64,000 nucleotides of DNA. Origin: Gekko japonicus (Eukaryota). Shown here piece after piece: positions 49,567-63,224 of this stretch; within the stretch, counting starts at the first letter, position 1, and the number at the start of each line of letters is the position of its first letter. Made by a program: the position numbers and the translations under genes. The notes under the pieces were generated by a model. The model was given only the letters and a program-made list of their open reading frames with translations. It had not been told where the DNA came from and searched no databases. Location: contig NW_015170278.1 in NCBI RefSeq assembly GCF_001447785.1, positions 273,292-337,291 of the forward strand. Direction: 5' to 3'.

Positions 49567-51070
49567 GTAAAATATATTCTGTATACACTTTGGTGCTTGG
49601 AAGTTTGATTCAGACCCTGTCATGAGGCCTGTTTGTATTCCTATTATCTGCAGGGTTTTACACTCATGTGATTATCCTATTTAAATGCCCAGAAGGTAAA
49701 TGTTGCTACTAGAACAAGATGATTAGTATCTAATTAAATGTATCTACAAGTATCTATGGCTGCTTGTGCTACAAAATGTCCTAAAGCATAGTTATGCAGG
49801 TTACTTTCTGTGCATGTATGTGCAGATGGCCAAATATTTGATATCTGGGAATGTGGTAATTCAACATTTTACTTGTCAGCAGTTCAGCATAACTTGCTGG
49901 GCTGGCTTTAGTTCTGTAGTCAGGGCTTTTCCCTAGCTTATATTTGAAATGTTAAGTGTGAGTACTATGTTGTATATGATTTGTAGATGAAGGGCATATA
50001 GTTGCTAATGCTATTTCTGCTGGAGCCCTACATTTTTTGTGGTAAAAATGGTGATTTCCTTTTTCCATATTTCAAAATAACATTTGATCCCCAGTTTCTT
50101 TAAAAAAGAATGTTTCTAAGTACCACTGATATGAATTGGGACCAAACTGTAGACTATGTAAAACAAACAAACCCACACACACTTCTTAATGGCTGTTGAG
50201 ATGCTGCCTGAGGCTTTCGTGACTGTGACTGCCTTGAATTGTGTTTTAAGTCATTTTCAAATAATATTTTTATTAAAGGTATGGCTGTCTTGGGGCTATT
50301 AATGTGCACTTACCCTCTTCCTCATCAATAGTGCAGAGTGGAAAGGGAAAATTTTATCCTTTCTCCATGCCAGCAGGCCCAGGTGCTCAGCCTGTTTGTA
50401 AAACTGATGGGGCATTAGCTAGTCCTGTATTAATAGTGAAGCCTTAACCAATAACACATATTACTAAATCTTAGTGATGGGTTCACAATAAATGATCACT
50501 TCATGAACGCTAGAGCCGATCTGAGGCTAATAAAATTATTTCACTTCTGCCTTTAAATTAGATTTTAGGGACAAACAATGCATCAATGTAAAATTGGTTT
50601 CTATGGATCTATTTTGAATCTCACCCATGCCACTGAGATACAGCCCATTAACTGTTAATCGTTCATACAGTGTTTCTGCTTATAGAGACATTTCTCACTG
50701 GAATAAAAAAAGATTGTTTGTTACATGGAGAGGATTGAATTCTATTTAAATGTGGCACTTTCTAAATGAAAACAAATAGGTTACATCTGGAAGAAGGTAT
50801 GCAGAGAGTACGCTTATGGATGCCTTTTTAAATGACCTCTCCAAGCTGGCCACAGTTTTTCAGCACTAAAATTCATTATGGATAGAAGGATGCTGAAAGT
50901 AGTGAATGCTAATGCAAGTTACAGAAATTATACATTTAAGTACTAGAATGTACAAGTGAAAATTTATATTTATAGATGGGTCACTGGAACAGATTGCAGC
51001 AGAACTCTGTCATCTATACTGTTTGCCTGTTGTTTGAGGAATCCAAAGTACCGGTTTCTACCTAAACAAA

Positions 51071-51597
51071 GGTTGTGTTCAGACTGGCAGTTTGGCCCGA
51101 TAAAGGCATATTTTACAAATTAAACAGGCACAATCACACAGCCACATTTGTCAGGCATTCCCCGGGCGTACTCACCCTGTCCGAGGACGACTTGGAGCCG
51201 GGTTAAAAAGCCACCACCTCCGAAGTGGTGTTTTTGTTTCCCTGCGCATTCATTGCACTTGGCCAGATGTCTGAACACGGGGGAGCGCACGCAGAATGGA
51301 TTTGGCAGTGTGAACCTGCAGATCTATTCTGCCGCTACGGAGGCGTTTTTAAAAAATAATTGCCTATGTGTGCATGTGTGTTCATGCGCACTACGCACAC
51401 ACATGGTTTTTGGATTTGTTTTTGCCGTTCGGTCCGTGGTTGAGGCGCCACAATAATGTGGATGCTTTACCACGGGATGTCTCCATGGGTAACCCACAGC
51501 AGGTTGTGCTGTGTAGCTGATATATCCCACTACACTTTAACCCGGTTCAATTAGAGGCGGCACCATATCGCACCAAGCCACCAGTGTGATCACAGCC
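51071..51597. mobile_element. Harbinger-like MITE
   Basis: TIRs GGTTGTGTTCAGACTGG / CCAGTGTGATCACAGCC, a 3-bp AAA flank on both sides and a CpG-rich interior. Confidence 0.65.
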
Positions 51598-51769
51598 AAA
51601 CAATGACTACTTTAGGTCTAAGAGGCTGCCCGTGATGGTCTAAAATCAGCTGAGAATACTTTCCATTTGACTCCAAATGGGAACAGGTGTCATGTTGACC
51701 ATAGGGATACTTCTGAGAATAGCATCCTTCTGGTGAGTTCTACTCTTCCCCTCCATAAGGTTTATGTAC

Positions 51770-52110
51770 ACTTACCACATGATGTGGATCAGGGTGATCT
51801 AGTAAGTATATATTAGAATTTTTAAAAGGCTTGTTGATAAGCCAGAGACTCTTGAGTAAAAGCAGCAGTCATGAGATAAGAGGACAAATCTGCTTATTGT
51901 TTAAAATTTGGTTAAATTGCAGGAAATAGAGAGCAAGAACATATGGTCAGTTCTCACAGTGGAATGAAGTGAATGCTGTGGTGCCAAAAGGATTGGTGTT
52001 AGAGCTGGTGATATTTACTTTATTCATAATTATCTGGAATTGGGGATAAGCTATGCAGTGGCCAAGTTTGCAGAGATGCCAAATTATGAAGAATGGGAAA
52101 CACCAAAACA
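51770..52110 (+). mobile_element. old CR1 RT fragment
   Basis: Degenerate coding sequence for V.LDF.KA.DK, V.SGVP.G.VL and KFADD motifs. Confidence 0.6.
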
Positions 52111-52208
52111 AATTATGGAGATATTATAGTGGAACCACATAGATGATAGTGAATCTGCACTTCTTGAGTTTGCATGCAAATCTCAATATTTGTCTATTCC
52201 TGTTGCAG

Positions 52209-52317
52209 ATGTTCTGTATGATGTCATTACTATAGGAGCCCCTGCAGCACACTTTCAGGGATTCAAAAATGGTGGTCTTCAGAAACTATTGAATAAGTTT
52301 GAGTTAGAAAGGCGAAA
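52209..52317 (+). CDS. INPP4B: INPP4B coding exon ([36 protein letters not shown]), 109 nt
   Basis: gttgcag acceptor and gtaagt donor. It matches human [36 protein letters not shown]. Confidence 0.97.
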
Positions 52318-52719
52318 GTAAGTACATTATCAGTAACTGATTAAAAATAAACTATAGACTATATTGCTATGTTACTGTCCATTTAAACAAAATTGCTGCT
52401 TATATGTATTTGCATTAAATTAATAATACTTTCCCTATATGTCTGGCAAAAACCTTTAGCAATAGTTATGCTTAGAGAACAGCTAGGAAGAATAATATAC
52501 AAGGTGGGCATGTGATGTTTTTGCTAATGCAATAACCAGTTGCATTCTCACAAGTGTTACACAAATTTGTAGACCAAGGGAACCGAAAGTAAGAGAAAGT
52601 GAATTGTAACATCCCGTCCAATGGACTGAAATGGGTTTGGATCCAAAAATGCCTTCCTCTTGCAGAAAGAGTCTTCCACTCATTTTTCCATAACAGGAAG
52701 AATGTTTTTGATCCTACCA

Positions 52720-53530
52720 ATATTTCAAATGACGGAAAAGTGGCAGAACAGCCCCAAGGCTTCCTGGATGACACATCCTCCCTTGACCCATTTCAATCTG
52801 ATTTCCTGCCTGGGTTTGGTACTGCGAAAGCTTTAATTGTTCTGGTCTATAATCTTCATTTAAAGTTGATAGGGTACAAACTGAAGACAAAACAAACTGA
52901 AGCTGAATCCAGACAAGACAGAGGTCGTGCAGGTTGGAAAAGCTGGTAATTGTAGGGAGATTGTATCCACTTCTCCTGGATGGCGTGAACTTGGCTTTTT
53001 CATGTTAAGAGTTTGGGGTGCTCATGGACTTTGCCTTGCTGTTTGAAAAGCAGATTGGCACGGTGGCCAGGAGTGCCTTCTGTCAGTGCATCTGATTTGC
53101 AAACTCTCTCGTTACCTAAATTTAGCCAATCTGGCCACACTGATCCATGCTTCTGTAACTTCAAAGCTGGATTATTGCAACGTGCTGTACATGAGGTTGC
53201 CCCCAAAGACAACCCAGAAACTACAGTTGGTCCAGAATGCAACAGCCTGACAATTGTCAGGGCCTAGCCACTGGGAAACATACGTTGACCATTTTGAAAC
53301 AGTTACATTGGCAGCCAATATGTTTCCAGGTTCAGTTTAAGGAACTGGTTGTGACCTTTGAAGCTTCACAACCTGGGACCCACATATTTGAAGGACCACT
53401 TCCTTTCATATGTCCCTGTGCTCAAAGTATGATCATCAGGCAGCCATGAGTTGGCTATCCCACTTAGGGTGGCCCATCAGGCATTGACCAGAGCCCTGGC
53501 CTTTCCATTGTGGCTCCGGCTCTTCAGAAT
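52720..53530 (+). mobile_element. degraded L2 fragments
   Basis: LDPFQSDF.PGFGT, LDYCN, LQLVQNA and LKQLHWQPI.FQVQFK remnants. Confidence 0.75.
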
Positions 53531-54614
53531 GTTTCTGTTAGCCTTAATCCAGTGATTTCAATGTAAAAGTAGGAGCTCTGCTCATGCACACAAAGGATAT
53601 GGATGAGTGGACCTTCCATGCATAACATATCCCTCGAATGCTGTAGTGAATAGAGAAGCCCTGCTTATTCAGAACTCGGTGTATATAGCTTTTAATTGTG
53701 TTGATGATGTTTAAAAATGAATTCACTTAGGAAGATGTTTTAATTGACTGAGTTAAGTCTGAGAAATACCATTAAAACGCAAAAGCACAGACTCTTGCTG
53801 TCATAAAGATAGCTGCAATTATCCACATAAGAACTATTTGTGAATCTTATTGGGAACAGATAATACTCATTAAAATGAACATTAAAAGTGGTAGTAATTA
53901 ACAAAGTCTTGTTATTAATTCCAGGCAGATTTGCAGTCCTGAATCTTTTCCAGTAATGGCATACCTTCCCTTCCTTTCCTATCTTTCTTTCAAGTTACTT
54001 TGATTGATCTTGAGCAGCCAATGAGGAGTCTTTATTTCTTTAAGGAAAATATGGTGAAGAGATATTTGGCCACAGCTAGCTAGTCTTTGGATCTCTATCC
54101 ACCAACAAATAAGGGGCTATGTTATCTTTTGATACAGTAGTAGGGAATGTGGTTAAAATAGGGGCAATCCATAGCTCACAATAGAAGTTATGATGAGGAC
54201 ATTCTAATGTCATGTGGGACAGGGAGTCGTCCTTTTTCAAATCACATTGGCAAAGTGTCAGAATAAGGCAAATTACAGTATCTCCCATGTAGGACTGCTG
54301 AAAGGGCAGCATTCAGGCGTGTAAGCATGAATAACAATGAACTGTTTATTTAATGTAGGCATTTAATGTAGGCTGAGATGGTTGAAGGTGGGAGAATGCC
54401 AAAGAACTGGGTGGAGCATACTCTCCGAGCTCATATAACTGAGTTAAAGTAAACTAGGTCTTTTATACATTTTTTGATAATAGAGAATCGCTTTTCCCAA
54501 GTCTCGATATATTGTCCTTTGCTAGGCCAAGACTAGACAACATATCATTAAAGTGATTTGCTTCTGTTGCTTACTGGCTGTTCCTGTTGGTATATCAGTA
54601 ATCATAATAGGCAT

Positions 54615-54706
54615 AACAAAGTCTGAATCCAGTGGCACCCTTAAGACCAACAAAGTTTTATTCAAGGTATATGCTTTCATGCGCATGCATACTTTTTCAG
54701 ACAATA
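54615..54706 (-). ncRNA. Penelope-like terminus with a degenerate hammerhead motif
   Basis: Minus strand: TATTGT-CTGAAAA-AGTATGCATGCGCAT-GAAAGCAT-ATACCTTGAATAAAACTTTGTTGGTCTTAAGGGTGCCACTGG. Confidence 0.6.
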
Positions 54707-55040
54707 GGCATACACATTTAACTAAATGCATATAGATGTTTATTTGTGATTATTAAGAGATTGATAATCTTGAAATTATATTTTACTGTAAAATTTGGGC
54801 ACAAAATTTCACAAAAATGGTATATCAAGCTCAATCATGTAAGAGAATGAAAAACACTAAGCAAGGCAGAAAATTTATTGGACCAATTTCTGCTTGTTAC
54901 AGTATATAATCACCAGCTTTACAAACCTGTAAAGTTCTAATGCTTTTGATCTTTCAAATTTACATAACAAGGAAAAAAGAGTTGTAGCATCTTAAAGACA
55001 AATATGCTTTTGTAGAGTACATGCCACTACACCAGAAGCA

Positions 55041-56106
55041 CAGGCCCGTAGCTATGCTGGGGCCTCTTGGGGTTTGGCCCCCTGACTTACTGCCGAGGCC
55101 CCATGATTTCTGATCCAGTCCAGCCCCCCCCCCCCAAGAGGCTGCGGGTGTGGAAAGGGAAGCTGTGTCTTCCTGTGCATCTGTCTGGCATGAAGGGCCT
55201 GCTGTGGTGACTGCACAGGAGCCGGACGGCTCCTCTCTATTCCCCCTGGAAAGTCTTCCCCTCAGCCATGCTCATGCCCAGCCGCTGCTATCGGGGCCCC
55301 TGTGATGTGTGCTTCTCCAGCAGGAGTCAAAAGCAGAAGTGGCACCCCAAACTGAAAGCCTTGCGCGGGCCTGCCCCCAGCCAAGCTCTGCGGGGCTCAA
55401 TGTAGCTTGCTGCTGCTGCTCCTTGCCATCTGAAACAGCTCTCCTTGGAAGTAAGCACATGTTATTCAATGGGGTTTACTTCCAGGAAAGTGTCTTTGCC
55501 TTGCATATTTCAGATTTTTCCAAGTGATGGGGCGGGTGGGGGGCAGCCTAGCCAGGGAAGGTTTTTCAAGCTGGAGGGTCCCAGCCGGGGGGGATGAACA
55601 AGTTTTCCAACAGTTGCCAGGCTCCTTTCTCCTCCTCCGCAGAGGAAGCTGGCTTTGTTTGCGGAGTCAGGGGAGGGAAGGTGAGAGGGAGGTCTGGGTC
55701 AGTGCCATCACCTCCTCCTCTGTGCCAGGGCTGAGCCAAAAGGGCTTGCAGAGGACCCCATGCATGCATGCTTCACTCTCTTTACCCTCCCCCCAAAAGA
55801 GCCTTCTTTCTCTCTTTCGTGTAGTCTTCTACAGCTCCCTCTCCATTACACTCTTCTGGCCCTTGAGGCCACAATCCCACGTCAGCAGCCACAGCAAAGA
55901 GACACCCCACCCCTGTGCCATTCCCTGCAGCGAAGGCAGTGGCAGAGGTCTGGATGGGGGGGCGCTCCCCAGAGGGAGAGAGGGGAGTCTACTAAAACCT
56001 GGCAGAGACAGAAAGGCAAGTCAATTGAATTACCTTTAATGTAATTAGCCAGTGCCTCCTAAGAAATTTAAATGCCCCCCAGCAGAAAGTTCTGGCTATG
56101 AGCCTG
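55041..56106 (+). mobile_element. hAT non-autonomous element
   Basis: TIRs CAGGCCCGTAGC / GCTATGAGCCTG and a perfect 8-bp TSD CAGAAGCA. Confidence 0.9.
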
Positions 56107-57420
56107 CAGAAGCATGACACCTAAGTTTCTGTGGACAAATGCCACAATGTCTTTAAGGTGTCACAAAACTTATTTTAAATAAATCAATGCTGATACTTAT
56201 CCTCCCCCATTCTATCTGAATGAGAAAAGAGTACCAGGGAAACTCTCCAAAAAGCAATGTCCTGGTTAATTTATTAAAGTATGTGCACCCGACCTTTTCC
56301 AACGAAAGTTTTCCATGGTGTCTCAATGGTTCTTTTCCTCTTGTCAAAGTTTTCCTTAGAGAAAGACAAAGCAGCCCTTAAATAATCACACATGAATTAG
56401 CACTATGGAGAAACTGGGAGACCAGCAGAGAGAGAGCAAAAACTATTTGGCATTAAATGAAGAAAATTATTTCATGGTGGCAGTGACAGCCTCATTTTTT
56501 TGCATGTACATGTTTATTTAACAGTCCAAAGATGCTTGGAGGCCACTTTGTATTTTCCTGGTTTAGATTTTACAATTTAAATTTTCTGTTTTATAATGGG
56601 AGCACCTCTCAGAGGCCTGCCTGGGTTGTGGAAAGAAACAACAATTAGAGACATCAGGAAGAATATAATGTGAATAGATTAAAAAGTGGCAGCTGTTCCC
56701 TGTAAGCAAACGGGACTGAAATTCAAAAAGAAAAAGGTCGCTTTATCAGGTTATCTGGGAAAGTATCTCAAACATTTTAAACTCGTGTCATAACATATTG
56801 CTTTTTTAAAAAGTGTTAATGAAAAAAATTGTGTTATGTATATCTTTTAAGTGTGTGTGTATAAATGTTATCTCCAGTATGAACATTAAAACACTATTAA
56901 AATCAACTGTCCAAGCATCCTAAAATAGATTTTGCTTTAAATAGTTAGCCCAGTTTGATTCCTGTACACGTCTTTAATAGAACTGGTTAAAACAAGCTTG
57001 GAGTTTATGCTCCAGATGATGTATGCATATAAACAAGTTTTTTTTAAAAAAACACAACATACTGTCATCCCAAGCATTGAATTTTTAAAAATGTAACGCA
57101 ATGGTACTCACTCTGCAGCTGATGGAGAGCCACATTTTCAGTTACTATCAACCAAAAGTTTACAAGATTACGGTACGCCCTATGTGCTGCCCCACCTACA
57201 AGAATATAACTACAATATTAAAGATATCATATTTTAAATTATCAGATTACTTCTGAGCATATAGTGTAGCCTATTTTCATTACTGTTGAACCTTAGTTGG
57301 CTCTTTCATATCTGGATTGAGCAGAGGGGCTTCCCTCTCTGTGTTTTCGCACTTTCTTCCAAATGAGACACAGCAGATCAGGCAAGAGAGAGACTGACAA
57401 GTTAGCTGGAAGAGAGCGAT

Positions 57421-58091
57421 CTGGGGCAATTCTGCACTGGCTTTTCCCTCCATTGTTTTACTAAATGCACCTTGGAACAGAAATTCCCATCTGCATTGCA
57501 TGCTGCTTTCACTTTCTTTGATGATCAGATTTTATGGTAACCTCTACACTGCATGCCGCTTTCACTTTCTTTGCTCATCAGGTTTTATGGTACCATCTGC
57601 ATAGATTTATGGCTGTTCAGGGGTGACTTCGTAGTCAGTACGGTGTTGTCCTGGGGTATCTGAATGTGATTTTGAGCTGCTCCTTTCCCTCAATGGACAA
57701 TTCTGCATCTGGCATTTGCTCCACATTTTCTCATCACTGAGATAAAGGTGCAGCTGAAAACTACATTCAAATACCCTGGGGCAACACCATACTGATGGCA
57801 CCTGGTATTTTTGGCCACTGTGTGACAGAGTGCTGGACTGGATGGGCCATTGGCCTGATCCAACATTGGCTCCTCTTATGTTCTTATGGCTGCCAAGTCA
57901 CCACTGAATGGCCATAAATCTATGCAGAAGGTACCATAAAACCCAATGATCAATGAAAGTTAAAGCAACACGCAATGCAGAGGGAAATTTCTGTTGCAAG
58001 GTAGGTTTGGTAAAACAACGGAGGGAAAAGCCAATGCAAAATCACCCAGTGTTGAGAAAATGTGGAGTGAATGTCAGATGCAGAATCCCCC
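57421..58091. repeat. nested long inverted repeat (foldback MITE-like) with a CR1 3' fragment at about 57791-57887
   Basis: 57421-57636 is the imperfect reverse complement of 57889-58049, and there is an inner inverted pair at 57636-57680 / 57750-57794. Confidence 0.85.
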
Positions 58092-58849
58092 CTGGAGAAG
58101 GGAGCAAAACCACCACCATCCCACTGCAGCCGTCTTGTTCTTTTTCTGGGTGACGGCCATGGTGGTGATTGTAGTCTCTTCTGTGCAGCCAGCTTACTCA
58201 CATCCTGGCAGGTGCTGGGATGAGAGTTCAGAGGTTGTAGAGAAGGATTGGAAAGAATGGGTCCTTTATTTTGATCCCTGACACAAGGACCAATGCTCAG
58301 GCTTGCAGTTTACCTATCCTCTGGTCCTTATGGCAGCAGCCAAATACAAGCTCCACTGGGCAATGGCCTTGCCACACTGGGGGGAAATGATTGGAAGAGC
58401 CACAGATAGCATGTCAAAAGAGTCATACGTGGTTCCCAAGCTACTAAGGGAGTATCACTGATTTAAGGCCACAGTGTTATGCATACTAAATCCTGTTGAA
58501 ACTAATGGGAGTCACCTCCAAATAAACATGCAAAGAGTTGAGCTAGGTTTGAATTTCAAATACATGAAGGATAACTATACATACCATTTCTAAGGTTTCT
58601 CGCTTCACTAAGAGTTGGACAAGCGTAAGGACAGGTTGTTTTTTGGGGGGGGGAATCTAACTCTACTTTCTCAAACAATTCTACGCATTAATCTCTGAAT
58701 GTATCCTCTGGGTACCCTCAGATTGTTTCACGTCTAAATATAAACATTGATAGAGATAGGTGGTTTATTAGAGAGATACTCCCCCACCACACCCCACACA
58801 GCAGCAGCGGTGCTCCCAGCCACCCACCTGCTTCCTCTCCCCCTACAGC

Positions 58850-59314
58850 AGCAGTGGCAACTCTCCAGGAATCACAATGGATCTCACAGCTACAGAGATC
58901 AATTCACCTTAGGGCTGCCAGCTCCAGGTTGGGAAATTCCTAGAGATCTAGGGGTGGAGCCTTGGGACATTGAGGGTTGGGGAGGGAAGCAGCCTCAGCA
59001 GGGTATTCAACCCTCCGAACCAGCCATTTTATCCAGGGTAACTGATCACTGTTACCTGGACAACAGTTGTATCTCTTCAATAAACTTTCTCTCTCTGTGT
59101 TCGAGAGTGAGATGACTGACAGTAATTCTGGGTGATCTCCAGCCCTCATTTGGAGGCTGGCAATGGTAGTTCTCATGGAGGAAATGGCTGGTTTGGAAGG
59201 TGGAGTCTATGGCATTATATTAGTCTGAAATTCCTCCCCTCCTCAAATCCCACCCTCCCCAGACTCCACCCCTCAAATGTCCAGGAATTTCCCAACCCGG
59301 AGTTGACAGCCCTA
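58850..59314. mobile_element. two TAGGGTTGCCA-family MITEs, one nested in the other in opposite orientation
   Basis: The + copy at about 58910-59165 interrupts a minus copy that ends agttgacagcccta. Confidence 0.6.
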
Positions 59315-59695
59315 TTGCTTTCCCACCCAACACCCAATCTACCTTTATCTGCCTCTCTGTCTTCAGCTCTCCATCTCCCCATCTCCCCACACCTCCCCCC
59401 ACAGCCTCTGCCTAGGAAGATTACAGTCTTTCTCACAGTGGGAACCAAAGCAGCTTACATTATTCTCTCCTCCTTTTTATCTGCACAACAACCCTGTGAG
59501 GTTGGTTAGACTGAAAGTACATGACTGTTCCAAAAATAACCCCGTCCGCTTCCACTGCAAAATGGGGATCTGAACCTGCGTTTTGCAAACCCTACTTCAA
59601 AGCTTTAACTGCTGCACCACGCTGGCTTTCATACGGTGGCTGCTGTTGAAGAGTAGCAAGCAGCCATGTGAATCAGGTGGTATCAAGTCACCCAG

Positions 59696-60468
59696 AGGGT
59701 GCTGCCTAGAGATGCCAGCCTCCAGGTGGGACCTGGTGACCCCATGGAATTACTGCTCATTTCCAGACTACAGAGATAACTTCACATGGATAAAATTGAT
59801 GCTTTGGAGGGTGGACTCTATGGCATTGTACCTCACTGGACACTTTCCCTATGAGGAAAGGTTAAAGCGCTTAGGGCTCTTTAGCTTGGAGAAAAGACGA
59901 CTGAGGGGTGACATGATCGAGGTTTATAAGATTATGCATGGGAAAGAGCAGGTAAAGAAAGAGGTACTTTTCTCCCTTTCTCACAATACAAGAACTCGTG
60001 GGCACTCCATGAAACTGCAGAGCGGTCGGGTTAGAACGGATAAAAGGAAGTACTTCTTCACCCAAAGAGTGATTAACACATGGAATTCACTGCCACAGGA
60101 AGTGGTGGGTGCTACAAGCATGGACGGCTTCAAAAGGGAATTAGATAAGCATATGGAGCAGAGGTCCATCAGTGGCTATTAGCCACAAGGTATAGCTAGG
60201 GGCTCTGGGGCAAGTGATGCTCTGTCTTCTTGGTGCTTGGGGGGGGGGGTCAACAGTGGGAGGGCTTCTAATGTCCTGGCCCCACTGCTGGACCTCCTGA
60301 TGGCACTGGTATTTCTGGCCACTGTGTGACACAGAGTGTTGGACTGGATGGGCCTTTGGCCTGATCCAACATTGGCGTCTCTTATGTTCTTATGTTCACT
60401 GAGGTCCCTGTCCTCCACAGGGCCCACCCCAAATCTCCAGGAGTTTCCCAGCCTGGATCTTGCAACCT
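59696..60468 (-). mobile_element. TAGGGTTGCCA-family MITE interrupted by CR1
   Basis: The family sequence breaks at 59837 and resumes at about 60397 (cactgaggtccctg...cttgcaacc). Confidence 0.7.
59838..60395 (+). mobile_element. young CR1 LINE 3' end
   Basis: Open ORF2 C-terminus (YEERLKRLGLFSLEKRRLRGDMIEVYKIM...TRGH...FFTQRVINTWNSLP), a (CTTATGTT)n tail and an approximate TSD tcactg. Confidence 0.95.
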
Positions 60469-61584
60469 TCCCCCCCCCCCCATACCCTGCTGGTAGCCAG
60501 GAGGGACCTGGCAACCCTGGACTGATGCCAGGCCTAGGGTTGCCAGCCTCCAAGTGGGACTTGTAGACACCCCAGACTCTAGACAGCAGAGATCCGTCTC
60601 CCTGGAGAAAATGGTTACTTTGGAGGGTGGACTCTGTGGCATTATACCCAGCTGAGGCTCTCTCTTCCCCAAACCCAGCCCTTAGAGACTACTGCAAAAC
60701 CTTTAGGAATTCCCCATCCTGGCACTGGCAATCCTTGTCAGGCCTGGCCCCAAGGCTCCCTCTCTCAAAGGCAAAAATAGGCCTGGAAAGGGGCCTTCCC
60801 CCCCCCCCCAATACCTTTTACTGACAGAGCCAGTTAGAAGCCCCCCCCCCCAATGTTCTAATCTTTCACTGTTGATGCCTGGAGTGACTGGCCCCTGTGG
60901 AGGTTTTGGGGGGAATTCAACCCTTCCCAAGGTTTTTTTGTAGATTTACAGTAACCACTGGGTAACTTTCTGGATTGCCATACAATTTTGAGCAAAGCTT
61001 GACTTGAATGCAGTATTGAGCAACTTTATATATGTACAGTAGACATTTTTACCAGCTTTTCTGCATTAGTGCCTCATATGCTGCAGAGTTATGAAGACAA
61101 TTGATCAGAGCTGCTCTTCATCATGCTGCAGACAAGAGTACATGGTTGTTATGTGATAGAGAATAACAGCCCTTCCCCTCCCTCCCAATAACCAACAAGT
61201 CCCTGTAGGCAGTATAAGAATGTTCATGTGCATATTGATCTACATTGGGGTCCTAGTTAACAAATCCTGGGTCATGTGGGTATGATAGGACAAGAATCCC
61301 ACACAGTCTGAGACACTTTCTCAGTCAAGCAAGTTAGCAACAAACTTTTGGCAGATGTGGGGCATACTTGTTAGAGTTCCCGTGAAACAATGTAAGAATG
61401 CCTATGCTCAAGTTGATTTAGATCTGGACAATTTGCCTGGCATTAATGAACCCTGGGAGGAACAACAGCCATAACATAGCAGCAAGCCACTAACTATGAA
61501 ATGTTAATTTGTGGGGCGCAGTTTTGAAAAGGCAATCAGAAGATGGGCAGGTAGAGGGGCCAGTGAAGAAGGGAGCTGTGGCAA

Positions 61585-61697
61585 AGCAGTATGCAAACTA
61601 CTGTGCAAGGCTCTTAATGACAGGACATTTTTGAGGTCATTAATTCATAGGGTCGCCATAAGCTGGAAACAACATGGCAGCACGCACCACACACAAC
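61585..61697 (+). mobile_element. RTE LINE 3'-end remnant
   Basis: aatgacaggacatttt..attcatagggtcgccataag..cacacacaac. Confidence 0.6.
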
Positions 61698-62745
61698 TGT
61701 TGTGTGGTTCATTGTTGCTGGTGAGTAGTTGCTTGAGGTTGTGGAGATGGTGGTTCGTAATGATTGAGCTTACTCTTTTTTTTTTTTAAGGGTAATATAC
61801 AAAGTATTTGATGCTTGGTTTTTCTGTTCATTTTTTTTTTAAGTGCATAGAATTCACAGAAAGAAAAACATGCTGGCATTTTGAACACTAACTGATTTAT
61901 TATGGCATGAAGCTTTGCTGGCAACAGCTTTCAAAAATGTACACCAACAAGACACAGTAAATTGTCCAGGCTTCATCTTAATTTGTTCTGCAGTGATAAC
62001 ATATAGGCTGTTTCATCTTCTCGTAAATGGAAAGATTCGTCTTTTCACTAGCGTGGATGGCAGTCTAGATTATTATTTTTGAGGCCACATTGTGCAGCGA
62101 CATGTAGAGAAATGAGCTATACGTTAAATTGATGTGTGTTTCAGAGCTTAAAATGTTCATAAATCATTTTCAGAATACACCCAAGACCATCTCATTCAAA
62201 AGCTAATCAGATGAGATGAGTTTTAGCCAAAACATACAAACTTGTTATTAAGAGGTTTTAATGCCCCATTACAACCTGTCATGGGAAGCCAAAGTGTCCC
62301 TGAAGACTTATTATGAACAGACAGGATAGAGCCAGTGAACAAAGTTTTCAGCATACTTGGGTTCAAGTCCCACGTCTGCCATTTATTTTTGTGACCTTAA
62401 GACTAATCACTAGAAGTTAATCAGTTTGTCCTTTTTTTCCTTTGAATGGGGATGAAAATGGCCCATCATAGAGGGTGGGGGTTAAAGCAACTAAGAAAAG
62501 GTTGGGTTGTTGCTCTAAGCTTGAGGTTCAATACAGTCTGAGTAGAAAGCAGACATTCCCTACTTTCTCCTTCCCACAACAATTTAGGGGCTGCCAGGTC
62601 TCCTGCTCCAGATAATCTGGCAGGATACCTCTGTCCTGGGAGCCTTCATCACCCGCCACAGTATCAGTGTGAAGCCTATCCCCACCCCCTTTGGCACCAA
62701 TTTGCATATTCTCTCCCTAAAGCTCCTGCTGGGTTCCAGTATTGG

Positions 62746-63224
62746 TAGGGATGTGCATGGGGGGGAAACCAGTATTTTTTGGGTTCAGGTAAACCAAATT
62801 TAAAAAATATTGGTAAACGCCGATATTCCCGAATCTCAGTATTGGTATTATACTGAGATTCAGGAAATACTCGGCAGTACTTGCCAAGGCAGGCCAGCTG
62901 GGGAAGTGAAGAGAGAAGGGGTTTAAAAGATTTAAACCCCATCTTTCTCCATTGAACCCTATGGGGGCCATAGGATACAGTGGAGAGAATGTGCCACCAC
63001 TACAGTGTGACTCAAGACAGAAGGGTTTAAAGTTTAAACCCCTTCTCTGGAGTGACGTGATCTCTCCATTGTACCCTATGGCTCTTCTCTCTTCACTTCC
63101 CTAGCCAGCCCACCTCTTCCCTTCCCCCGCCAGCACTATTCGAGGAATCCCTATTTGGCCAGTCGAATCAGATCAGAGAATCTGATTCAGCTTTCGGTCT
63201 GCCCGAACCGAATGCACATCCCTA
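62746..63224. mobile_element. TIR MITE (TAGGGATGTGCA...TGCACATCCCTA)
   Basis: Perfect 12-bp TIRs, with flanks gtattgg/gtactgg resembling a TSD. Confidence 0.8.
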
